This document shows positions 9,360 to 21,277 of a DNA stretch of 64,000 bases, piece by piece (within the stretch, counting starts at the first letter, position 1; every line of letters starts with the position of its first letter). The notes under the pieces were generated by a model. It searched no databases and was not told where the DNA came from. It saw nothing but the letters and a program-made list of their open reading frames with translations. The position numbers and the translations under genes are program-made. Source of the stretch: Geopsychrobacteraceae bacterium (lineage in GTDB: Bacteria > Desulfobacterota > Desulfuromonadia > Desulfuromonadales > Geopsychrobacteraceae); NCBI GenBank assembly GCA_963676795.2, contig CAXXTB010000002.1, positions 256,001 through 320,000 on the forward strand. The letters are read 5' to 3'.

Positions 9360-11060
9360 ATGTCCTATCTGGTTCTGGCACGTAAATGGCGTCCTCAGCA
9401 TTTTGACGATCTGGTCGGCCAGGAGCATGTCAGTCAGACGCTCAAGAATTCGATCACCTCTGATCGTGTTCATCATGCTTTTCTCTTTACCGGTGCCCGT
9501 GGTGTCGGCAAAACTTCTGCTGCGCGGATTTTTGCCAAGGCACTGAACTGCCAGCAGGGGCCGACGGTCGATCCCTGTGGTGTCTGTCCGTCCTGTATCG
9601 ATATCACCAACAGTCAGGGGATCGATGTCCTTGAGATCGACGGCGCGTCCAACACCGGTGTCGATGATATTCGCGAACTGCGCGAGAATATCCGTTATCT
9701 GCCCTCGCAGTCGAACTACAAGATCTTCATCATCGATGAAGTTCATATGCTGTCGATCAACGCCTTCAATGCGCTGTTGAAGACTCTCGAAGAGCCACCG
9801 CCTCACGCCAAGTTTATCTTTGCCACAACCGAGCCGCACAAGATTCCGATCACCATCCTGTCACGTTGTCAGCGCTTCGATTTTAAAAAGATCGCTATAG
9901 AGCGGGTGCAGGAAAGGCTGCGTTTTATCGTCGATCAGGAAGGGGTCGAGATTTCCGATCTTGGTCTTGGTGTGGTTGCCCGCAACGGCGGCGGCAGTAT
10001 GCGCGATGCCCTTTCGACGCTTGATCAGGTGATCGCTTTCTGTGGCAATAAGGTCGGCGATGCCGAGATTCAGGCGCTGCTCGGATTGGTCAACCGCAGA
10101 TTGCTGCTCGACGCCGTAGAGGCGATTCTCGAGCGTGATGCGCGTCAGGCTCTGGCGTTGATCCAGAAAGTCGATGATCATGGCCATTCGTTTCGCCAGT
10201 TCTGCCAGCAGCTGGTCGAGCTGATTCGTGCTCTGGTGATTATCAAGCTGGTCGATCAGCCCGCCGATCTGGTTGATATGAGCGAGGCGGAACTGCAGGA
10301 GCTGGCCCCTCTGGCCGTGGCGGCCGAACTTGAGGATCTGCAGCGGATCCTGACGATTCTGATCAAGGCTGAAGCTGATCTGGCCCTGTCGAATTATCCG
10401 CGTCTGACCCTGGAGATGGTTCTGGTTCGTCTGGCAACCCTGCCACCGGGAACCAGTGTCGCGACCCTGATTAAACGCCTCGAATCCATTGAAAAACAGT
10501 TTTCGTCAGGCGGTTTTCCCGCTGCTGTGGTGCCAAAGGTTCCCGAGAGGACGCCACCGCCTGTCGAGCCCCCTCCGCCTGAGGAGTTTTCCGGAAAAAA
10601 GCCTGAAGCTCTGTCAGCGCCGGAACGTGGTGAGAAAAGCTGGGCAGGGCTGGTCGATTTTGTTAAATCTCGCCGTAAGCCGTTGATGTCGTCCCTGCTT
10701 GAGCAGTCGAGCCCTCTGAAAATCGATTTGCCGCGCTTGCGGATCGGTGTGCCGGACCGTTACTATAATCTGGCCGATGCTGAAATGCGCCAGGCGCTTG
10801 AAGCTTTTGCTCTGGAATACTATGGTAGTGAAGTACGTGTCGAGGTCGAGAAGGTCGAAGGGGGTGAAGGGACGCCTCTTTCGTTACACGAAACCAAGGT
10901 CCGCAGAGAGACGGATCGCCAGAAGAAAATTCGTGACAGTGCCACGGAGCATCCAATGATTCGCTCGGCGCTGGAAATCTTTGGTGGGGCCATTGATCAT
11001 ATTAAATCGTTGGATAGCGGTTTTGCTGCTAAAACATCTGATAATCAAGGAGATGGATGA
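9360..11060 (+). CDS. dnaX: DNA polymerase III subunits gamma/tau
   Basis: MSYLVLARKWRPQ, GARGVGKT, IIDEVHML, SRC. Confidence 0.98.
   Translation: MSYLVLARKWRPQHFDDLVGQEHVSQTLKNSITSDRVHHAFLFTGARGVGKTSAARIFAKALNCQQGPTVDPCGVCPSCIDITNSQGIDVLEIDGASNTGVDDIRELRENIRYLPSQSNYKIFIIDEVHMLSINAFNALLKTLEEPPPHAKFIFATTEPHKIPITILSRCQRFDFKKIAIERVQERLRFIVDQEGVEISDLGLGVVARNGGGSMRDALSTLDQVIAFCGNKVGDAEIQALLGLVNRRLLLDAVEAILERDARQALALIQKVDDHGHSFRQFCQQLVELIRALVIIKLVDQPADLVDMSEAELQELAPLAVAAELEDLQRILTILIKAEADLALSNYPRLTLEMVLVRLATLPPGTSVATLIKRLESIEKQFSSGGFPAAVVPKVPERTPPPVEPPPPEEFSGKKPEALSAPERGEKSWAGLVDFVKSRRKPLMSSLLEQSSPLKIDLPRLRIGVPDRYYNLADAEMRQALEAFALEYYGSEVRVEVEKVEGGEGTPLSLHETKVRRETDRQKKIRDSATEHPMIRSALEIFGGAIDHIKSLDSGFAAKTSDNQGDG
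10581..10606 (+). promoter_or_regulatory. Putative -1 programmed ribosomal frameshift signal
   Basis: Internal GAGGAG, in-frame A_AAA_AAG at 10595-10601, -1 frame GCC TGA. Confidence 0.8.
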
Positions 11061-11374
11061 TGAGTAAGGGACTTGGGAATATCATGAAACAGGCTCAGCA
11101 GATGCAGGCGCGTATCGCCAGAATCCAGCAGGAGCTTGAAACCAAAGAGGTTGAGGCGGCGGCTGGCGGCGGGATGGTTGTTGCCCGTGTCAACGGCAAG
11201 CAGGAACTGCTTGAGCTGAAGATCGAGAAAGAGGTTGTTGATCCCGAGGATGTCGACATGTTGCAGGATCTGGTGCTGGCTGCCGTCAATGAGGCTCTGC
11301 AGAAGAGTCAGAAGATGGTTCAGGAAGAGATGGGCAAGGTTACTGGCGGGATGAATATCCCGGGATTGTTCTGA
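11057..11374 (+). CDS. ybaB: YbaB/EbfC nucleoid-associated protein
   Basis: MKQAQQMQ, AGGGMV, DMLQDLVLAAVN. Confidence 0.96.
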   Translation: MMSKGLGNIMKQAQQMQARIARIQQELETKEVEAAAGGGMVVARVNGKQELLELKIEKEVVDPEDVDMLQDLVLAAVNEALQKSQKMVQEEMGKVTGGMNIPGLF

Positions 11375-11409
11375 AGTAGTTATCGGTAAAATGTTATTTT
11401 ATTTTTTTG

Positions 11410-11448
11410 TATCCCCGCAGGTTTTTGCCTGCGGGGATATTTGTTTTT
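11410..11448 (+). terminator. Intrinsic terminator
   Basis: ATCCCCGCAGG/CCTGCGGGGAT followed by a T-rich tail. Confidence 0.75.
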
Positions 11449-11629
11449 GGCTAAAAACAGCGTTTCTCGAGGAATTCTGTTGACAAAAAAACGTGGGTCT
11501 GGTTTTGTTGCAACTTCAATTTATAAACTGCTGTTTTGAAATTGAACGTAGCGGCAAAATGCGGAGCTACTAACGCTTCTGAAAAATACCGGACAGGGAT
11601 GTTTCCGGTGTCACTTGAGGAGGATAGAA

Positions 11630-12229
11630 ATGTTAGGTTCACTTCCGTCTTTTGCAAGGCTGCAGGCCGAATTATCCAAGCTTCCCGGGATCGGGGGAAA
11701 GACAGCGACCCGCTTGGCCTTCTACCTGTTGCGCAGTTCAGAACAGGATGTTGCCAATTTGGCAACAGCGTTATTGGAGATGAAAAAGAACGTCTCCTTC
11801 TGCCGGCGCTGTTTTCATATTGCTGAAGGAGAGCTCTGCCAGATTTGCTCTGCCCGGGGGCGTGACGAAAAGCGGATATGTGTGGTCGAAGAGCCCCAGG
11901 ATCTGATGGCGATCGAGAGAAGCCGCTCCTATAACGGTTTCTACCATGTTCTGCACGGTGTTCTTTCGCCCCTGGACGGTATCGGGCCGGATGACCTGAA
12001 AATCGAGCCGCTGCTGATACGTCTGGAGCAGGAGGGGATCGAAGAGGTGATCCTGGCGACCAACTTTACTGTTGAAGGGGAGGCGACGGCTCATTATCTC
12101 GCCGACCTGTGTCGCGCGAAGGGGGTGCGGGTCACGCGACTCGCTCACGGCATTCCGTCCGGGAGTGATCTTGAGTACATCGATGCCGGAACAGTTCAGC
12201 ATGCGGTGGACGGGCGGCGTGATTATTGA
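11630..12229 (+). CDS. recR: Recombination mediator RecR
   Basis: LPGIGGKTA, C4 zinc finger, TOPRIM; GAGGAGG SD before ATG 11630. Confidence 0.97.
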   Translation: MLGSLPSFARLQAELSKLPGIGGKTATRLAFYLLRSSEQDVANLATALLEMKKNVSFCRRCFHIAEGELCQICSARGRDEKRICVVEEPQDLMAIERSRSYNGFYHVLHGVLSPLDGIGPDDLKIEPLLIRLEQEGIEEVILATNFTVEGEATAHYLADLCRAKGVRVTRLAHGIPSGSDLEYIDAGTVQHAVDGRRDY

Positions 12230-12392
12230 TGGAAATGCGCTATGATATTGAAGTAGCGATGAAAAAAAACAAACTTTAGTAAAACGCTGTGTGAATAAAA
12301 TTAGTATCGCTAAATCTAGGCTGGTGTTAAGGTTGCGAGGTCTCAAGAGCTTCGAAACCAGGCAATAATGAAACGTATTGAAGGAGGATTAA

Positions 12393-15948
<3,556 letters not shown>

Positions 15949-15974
<26 letters not shown>

Positions 15975-16004
15975 GCAGTACGGTGAAGGTCAGGCTGAAT
16001 AAGC
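15949..16004 (+). repeat. Perfect 28-bp tandem duplication spanning the nifJ stop
   Basis: AGTACGGTGAAGGTCAGGCTGAATAAGC x2. Confidence 0.95.
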
Positions 16005-16037
16005 TGACTTTTGTCTAACTCCATATGATGTTATTCG

Positions 16038-16068
16038 ACTCCCGGCAGTTTCTGCCGGGAGTTTTTTT
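16038..16068 (+). terminator. Intrinsic terminator of nifJ
   Basis: ACTCCCGGCAG/CTGCCGGGAGT plus T run. Confidence 0.85.
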
Positions 16069-16141
16069 ATTGCTAAAAGGATGAGTGCTGTGACAGGTAT
16101 ATAGCCTTTCCAAGCTAACCGTATTGCGCTGGATGTCAGTT

Positions 16142-17047
16142 ATGTTTGAGCTCTTGACAGTTTTTATCAATGTAATCCTGCCCGTCTTTGGCATTGTCGT
16201 TGTCGGTGTTGTTGCCGGGAAAAAGCTCGACCTGCAGGCTCAGACCCTGACCCGTGCGGCATATTATGTATTCGTCCCGGCTTTTATTTTTCAGGCGATC
16301 AGTACGGCTCATCTGCCCTTGTCAAGTACCCTGAGAATCGTTGTTTTTGCTCTTCTCACCCACCTTGCCGGTGCTTTTGCTGCCGGACTGCTCGGGCGCC
16401 TGCTGGGTCGTTCGCGGGAGATGATTGCAGCCTTTATCATGATTGCCGTGTTTGGCAATATCGGCAATTACGGGCTGGCCATTCTGCGTTTTTACCGTGG
16501 CGATGTCGTTATTGTTCCGGCTACGCTCTACTTCGTCGTCATCACGATCGTCGCTTTCATCGTCTGTGTCGGGGCGGCGGGCTGGGCCCGTGGCGGGAGC
16601 AAAAGGGCCGTACTGCAGGTGTTCAGAACTCCGGCGCTCTGGGCCGTGGTTCCGGCGCTGCTGGTTTCCGGCAGCGGCGTTGAACTGCCACTGCTGTTTC
16701 AGCGTTTTATCGGCCTGCTTTCAGAAGCCATGATTCCGGTCATGCTCTTTTCCCTGGGGCTGCAACTGCGCGAGCAGGGTAGGGTCCATCTGAACCTTGA
16801 TGTCGTTATTGGTTCCGGGATCAGGCTGGCCATGGTTCCTCTGCTGGCATTTGCTATCGCCCATTTTATTCCGCTCACGCCGATTGAACGGGTTGCGGGA
16901 ATTCTCCAGGCAGGCATGCCGACGGCGATTCTGGTTGCCATCATTGCCAGGGAAAACAATATCGTGGCGCATTATGTAACCTCGGTCGTGATTGTTTCGA
17001 CGCTGCTCAGCCTGGTTTCGCTAAGCTGCCTGATGGTCTTTCTGTGA
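16142..17047 (+). CDS. AEC (auxin efflux carrier) family transporter
   Basis: About 10 hydrophobic segments; FGNIGNYGL, PVMLFSLG, GMPTA. Confidence 0.88.
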   Translation: MFELLTVFINVILPVFGIVVVGVVAGKKLDLQAQTLTRAAYYVFVPAFIFQAISTAHLPLSSTLRIVVFALLTHLAGAFAAGLLGRLLGRSREMIAAFIMIAVFGNIGNYGLAILRFYRGDVVIVPATLYFVVITIVAFIVCVGAAGWARGGSKRAVLQVFRTPALWAVVPALLVSGSGVELPLLFQRFIGLLSEAMIPVMLFSLGLQLREQGRVHLNLDVVIGSGIRLAMVPLLAFAIAHFIPLTPIERVAGILQAGMPTAILVAIIARENNIVAHYVTSVVIVSTLLSLVSLSCLMVFL

Positions 17048-17157
17048 ACCGGGTTTCAGGCTGTTCGGTCATATTAAATGCTGCGCGGGAGAAGCTCTCT
17101 TGACATGCTTAAAAGGCTATGATAACTACGTTCACTCAATGTGAAAGGGTAGAGATC

Positions 17158-17241
17158 ATGACTTATCTGACTTCCAAAGCGGCACGAGCGGCACAGGCGG
17201 CAACATCAAGCCTGAAGCCTGTCCATCACCCTGTCGGGTGA
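17158..17241 (+). CDS. Putative alanine-rich attenuator leader peptide MTYLTSKAARAAQAATSSLKPVHHPVG
   Basis: 27 codons, 6 Ala (GCG GCA x3) within 8 codons, followed by antiterminator/terminator pairings. Confidence 0.7.
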   Translation: MTYLTSKAARAAQAATSSLKPVHHPVG

Positions 17242-17267
17242 CGCTCTGGAAGTGCAGTTACACTTTG

Positions 17268-17301
17268 AGGCCATGGACAGAAGTCCATGGCCTTTTATTT
17301 T
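17268..17301 (+). terminator. Attenuator terminator upstream of the aminotransferase
   Basis: AGGCCATGGAC-agaa-GTCCATGGCCT-TTTATTTT, 24 nt before the ATG. Confidence 0.85.
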
Positions 17302-17325
17302 ATGATCGACTAAGGAGATCACTCG

Positions 17326-18630
17326 ATGCGCAATAATATTGTTCATATCGGTGCCGGCGAGCTCACTTACGAAATTCGCGCCATTGTCGCTATCGCTGAG
17401 GAATTGAACCGTCTGGGTATCAAGACCAACATGGAAAATATCGGTGACCCGGTTGCCAAGGGGGAGCAGATTCCGTTGTGGATCAAGGAAATCGTCGCCG
17501 ATCTGGCGATGCAGGACTGCTCCTATGGCTATTGTGCGACCAAAGGGCTGCTCGCGACCCGTCAATTCCTGGCCGAACAGACCAATAAGCGCGGCCATGC
17601 CCAGATCACCCCGGAGGATATTATCTTTTTCAACGGCCTGGGGGACGCCATCCAGAAGGTCTACGGCTTTTTAAGACGGGAAGCCCGGGTTATCGGGCCG
17701 TCTCCGGCCTATTCGACCCACTCGTCGGCTGAAGGTGCCCACGCCGGCCAGAAGCCGGTGACCTATCGTCTCGATCCTGATAACCACTGGTATCCGGACC
17801 TGGAAGATCTTCGCCAGTCAGTCAAATATAACCCGGCGATCTCGGCAGTGCTGATCATTAATCCGGACAATCCGACCGGTGCCGTCTATCCGGAAGCAAT
17901 CCTCAAAGAGATCATCGATATCTGCAAGGAATACGATCTGTTCCTGATCTGTGACGAGATCTATCATAACCTCTGTTTTAATGGTTATGAAACACGACCG
18001 ATTTCGGATCTGATCGGTGATCTGCCGGCCATTGCCATGAAGGGGATCAGCAAGGAGATTCCCTGGCCAGGCGCCCGCTGTGGGTGGATCGAGGTCTATA
18101 ATTCCGACAAGGATGAGACCTTCAGGCGTTATGTCGAAAGTATTCTGAATGCCAAGATGGTCGAGGTCTGTTCGACGACCCTGCCGCAGAAGGCTATTCC
18201 GCTGATTCTGAGTCATCCTCAGTATCCGTTGTATCTCGCTGAGCGGCGTAATCGCTACGAGCATTATTCGAATATCGCTTACGACATACTCAAGGATGTT
18301 GACGGGCTCAAGGTCAACCGGACCAATGGGGCGTTTTACATGAGTGTCGCCTTTGAGCAGGGACGGCTGACCCGCGAGCAGACTTTACCGATTGAGATTG
18401 ACGAGGTCCGTCAGCTGGTCGAGCGCCTTGTGGCTCCGGTTGGAGCAACGACCGACAAGCGTTTTGTTTATTACCTGCTGGCTTCTACCGGGATCTGTGT
18501 TGTCCCGCTCTCCTCTTTCTGTACCGAGGAACGTGGTTTCCGGATCACCTTGCTGGAAAGGGACGAACAGGAATTCACAAAAATCTTCAGGACGATCGCC
18601 GACGCCATCACCGCATATCTCAATTCATGA
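17326..18630 (+). CDS. Class I/II PLP aminotransferase, AlaA-like (probable alanine aminotransferase)
   Basis: ENIGDP, INPDNPTG, DEIY, GISK...PGARCGW. Confidence 0.88.
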   Translation: MRNNIVHIGAGELTYEIRAIVAIAEELNRLGIKTNMENIGDPVAKGEQIPLWIKEIVADLAMQDCSYGYCATKGLLATRQFLAEQTNKRGHAQITPEDIIFFNGLGDAIQKVYGFLRREARVIGPSPAYSTHSSAEGAHAGQKPVTYRLDPDNHWYPDLEDLRQSVKYNPAISAVLIINPDNPTGAVYPEAILKEIIDICKEYDLFLICDEIYHNLCFNGYETRPISDLIGDLPAIAMKGISKEIPWPGARCGWIEVYNSDKDETFRRYVESILNAKMVEVCSTTLPQKAIPLILSHPQYPLYLAERRNRYEHYSNIAYDILKDVDGLKVNRTNGAFYMSVAFEQGRLTREQTLPIEIDEVRQLVERLVAPVGATTDKRFVYYLLASTGICVVPLSSFCTEERGFRITLLERDEQEFTKIFRTIADAITAYLNS

Positions 18631-18714
18631 TACAATCCGCAGGTGCAGGCGGTTGAAACCGGTTCCGTCTGCATCTGCGACCTCAATTTATCAATAACGG
18701 GAAAGGGCACATGT

Positions 18715-20088
18715 ATGGCGCCGCATCCGTCATCTGCGGGAACCTCTGCCGCGGACCAGGTTATCTCCGATAAGCAGCAGCTGATCGCTTTTCTGACCAG
18801 GGGAGCCCGCCCTCGTTCCGACTGGGGGATCGGCCTTGAGGCTGAAAAGCTCGTTGTTGACAACCAGACTGGTGAAGCGGCCGGTTACCCACGGGTCAGA
18901 GAACTGCTGAAGCGTCTCGACGGTTTTGGTGGCTGGGAGGCTGTCTATGAAGGTGAGTATCTGCTTGGCCTGAAAGGCACGCGTTCTTCCGTGACCCTCG
19001 AGCCGGGTGGCCAGTTGGAGTTGTCTGGCAAGTTCTGCTGCGACATTCATTGCAGCTGGCGTGACCTCAAGCGTTACCGGCAGCATATCCTGATCATGGG
19101 GCATGAGCTAGGGCTTGAATTTCTCGGCCTCGGTGTGCAGCCATTTACTCCGCTCGATAAGATTTCCTGGCTGCCGAAGCAGCGCTACGACATCATGGGC
19201 CCCTATATGCTTAAAACCGGCGACATGGGGCAACGCATGATGAAGCAGTCAGCAGGGACTCAGGTCAATCTGGATTTTTCCGATGAAACCGACTGTGTCC
19301 GCAAGCTCAAGGCGATTCAGCTGTTGAGCCCCATCTGCTACGCCCTGTTCGCCAACTCACCGATCATGGAGGATCAACCGACCGGATTTCTGACAACCCG
19401 TGGCGAGATCTGGTCGCGCACCGATGCTGACCGCTGCGGGCTGATTCGCCAGCTTTTTTCAGCTCAGGCCGGCTTAAGCGACTTTGTCGACTACGCTCTC
19501 GATGCACCGATGTATTTCATTCAGCGGGAAGGCCGCTATGTCGATTTTACCGCTGAGCGTTTTTCCTTCCGCCGCTATATCGACTCGGGCCGGGGGAAAG
19601 AGCGCGCAACCTTGGCTGACTGGAACCTGCACCTGTCGACAATCTTTCCCGAGGTCCGTCTCCGGCCGCAACTTGAAGCCCGCAGCGCTGACAGTCTTCC
19701 ACCTCATTTCACTCCGGCGGTCGCCGCTTTCTACAAGGGGCTGCTTTACTGCGATGAGGGGCTGAGTAAAGTCGAATCGTTGCTGGGTGGCCTTGAAGAA
19801 GAAGCTTTTTCCCGCCTCTACCGGGATTCCTGGCGCTTGGGGCTGAAGACGGGAATCGCCGGAGGACGTCTTGGTGATATCGCTTCTGAACTGGTAGCTG
19901 TTGCCAAAAAAAGTTTGCGCGATCAGTTTGACCAGGCGTTCAGTGGTGCCGACGAAAGTCAGTTTCTGGATGTTCTTGACGAGCTGCTTGCCAGCGGTGA
20001 AACGCTGGCGGAGCGCCTGCTGAAACGCTGGAGTGGTGATCGGACGGAAAAGATGAAGGTTCTCAAGGAACTCTGTGGCTACGCCTAG
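18715..20088 (+). CDS. Glutamate--cysteine ligase (GCS2 family)
   Basis: GIGLEAEK, TLEPGGQLELSG, PKQRYDIM, QVNLDFS, HLSTIFPEVRL; start uncertain. Confidence 0.88.
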   Translation: MAPHPSSAGTSAADQVISDKQQLIAFLTRGARPRSDWGIGLEAEKLVVDNQTGEAAGYPRVRELLKRLDGFGGWEAVYEGEYLLGLKGTRSSVTLEPGGQLELSGKFCCDIHCSWRDLKRYRQHILIMGHELGLEFLGLGVQPFTPLDKISWLPKQRYDIMGPYMLKTGDMGQRMMKQSAGTQVNLDFSDETDCVRKLKAIQLLSPICYALFANSPIMEDQPTGFLTTRGEIWSRTDADRCGLIRQLFSAQAGLSDFVDYALDAPMYFIQREGRYVDFTAERFSFRRYIDSGRGKERATLADWNLHLSTIFPEVRLRPQLEARSADSLPPHFTPAVAAFYKGLLYCDEGLSKVESLLGGLEEEAFSRLYRDSWRLGLKTGIAGGRLGDIASELVAVAKKSLRDQFDQAFSGADESQFLDVLDELLASGETLAERLLKRWSGDRTEKMKVLKELCGYA

Positions 20089-20267
20089 ACAGCAGAATTT
20101 GCATCTTGCTGGCGCGACAACGCAAGCGCAATCTGGCTAAATTGATACTAGCGCCAGGCTCGAGATGGCGACTGTGCAAAGACACAGTCGCCTCTTGTGT
20201 TATCGGGGACAAACAAATGCGCGGTTCCACGTGTTTTTTGTTGACGCTTTGGGCTAGATTCTCATCA

Positions 20268-20378
20268 TCAACAGTTCGGTGTGGCAGTCGAAGTGTTGAA
20301 ACCGAAAAAAGGTACCTCATACCTCCTTTCTAACTTTTGGCCGATACCACCTCCCCTTTAGGTATCGGCCTTTTTTTT
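20268..20378 (+). ncRNA. Putative anti-SD small RNA, copy 1
   Basis: 5' hairpin, unstructured CCTCATACCTCCTTTCT, terminator with ACCTCCCC loop and T8; 5' end uncertain. Confidence 0.7.
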
Positions 20379-20604
20379 CGAAAAAAAAATCAGATGTCAG
20401 CACCCTTTCAGTTTTTTTTCGTCCGGACGGTTTTAACGCTGCTCGGGAACCCGGTGGGCTGTCTTTGCACGGCAATGGCCGGGGCTATGGTTTTTTATCT
20501 GGAGGGGGCTGTGCAAAGACACAGTTGCCGGCTGCGTCATCTGGGACAAACAAATGCGTAGTGCCACGTACTTTTTGTTGACGTTTTGGGCTAGATTCTC
20601 ATCA

Positions 20605-20715
20605 TCAACAGTTCGGTGTGGCAGTCGAAGTGTTGAAACCGAAAAAAGGTACCTCATACCTCCTTTCTAACTTTTGGCCGATACCACCTCCCCTTTAGGT
20701 ATCGGCCTTTTTTTT
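20605..20715 (+). ncRNA. Putative anti-SD small RNA, copy 2
   Basis: Identical core to copy 1. Confidence 0.7.
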
Positions 20716-20939
20716 CGAAAAAAATCAGATATCAGCACCCTTTCAGTTTTTTTTCGTCCGGACGGTTTTAACGCTGCTCGGGAACCCGGTGGGCTGTCTT
20801 TGCACGGCAATGGCCGGGGCTATCGTTTTTTATCTGGAGGGGGCTGTGCAAAGACACAGTCGCCGGCTGCGTTATCTGGGACAAACAAATGCGCGGTCCC
20901 ACGTGTTTTTTGTTGACGCTTTGGGCTAGATTTACATCA

Positions 20940-21053
20940 TCAACAGTTCGGTGTGGCAGTCGAAGTGTTGAAACCGAAAAAAAGGTACCTCATACCTCCT
21001 TTCTAACTTTTGGCCGATATCAACCTCCCCAATAGGATATCGGCCTTTTTTTT
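20940..21053 (+). ncRNA. Putative anti-SD small RNA, copy 3
   Basis: Same core; the terminator stem has a compensatory C-G to T-A change and keeps ACCTCCCC. Confidence 0.7.
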
Positions 21054-21277
21054 ATCTGATTAAAAATTCCGAAACTCACTGTTGATTTTTGCGTTGGCTG
21101 GCAGTTTTGTCTGAGTGGTAAGCGCCGAATTTCCCTCACCCGGGAGTTGTTCGCTCCATTTCTTTTCCTGTTGTTGTCTTATGTCCAGATTTCTTCGCAA
21201 ATCCGCTACTTTTGCTTGATTTACTGGGGCGATTCCTGTTTCAATATGCAGCTCTAAATCAGACCAAGGAGCTGTCA

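Larger units (their letters stand above)
20172..21053 (+). repeat. Three tandem copies (period 337/335 bp) of a non-coding cassette
   Basis: Units begin CTGTGCAAAGACACAG at 20172, 20509, 20844; each core ends in the same terminator. Confidence 0.97.

Noticed and set aside
20063..20993. Minus-strand MRYLFSVSTL... ORFs as type I toxins or small proteins
   Set aside because: GGAGGT abuts the ATG with no spacing, the products are not hydrophobic, lengths differ, and copy 3 has an extra A that shifts the frame; terminators point to + strand transcription
20172..21053. CRISPR array interpretation of the repeat
   Set aside because: Units are about 336 bp with no unique spacers, and there are no cas genes
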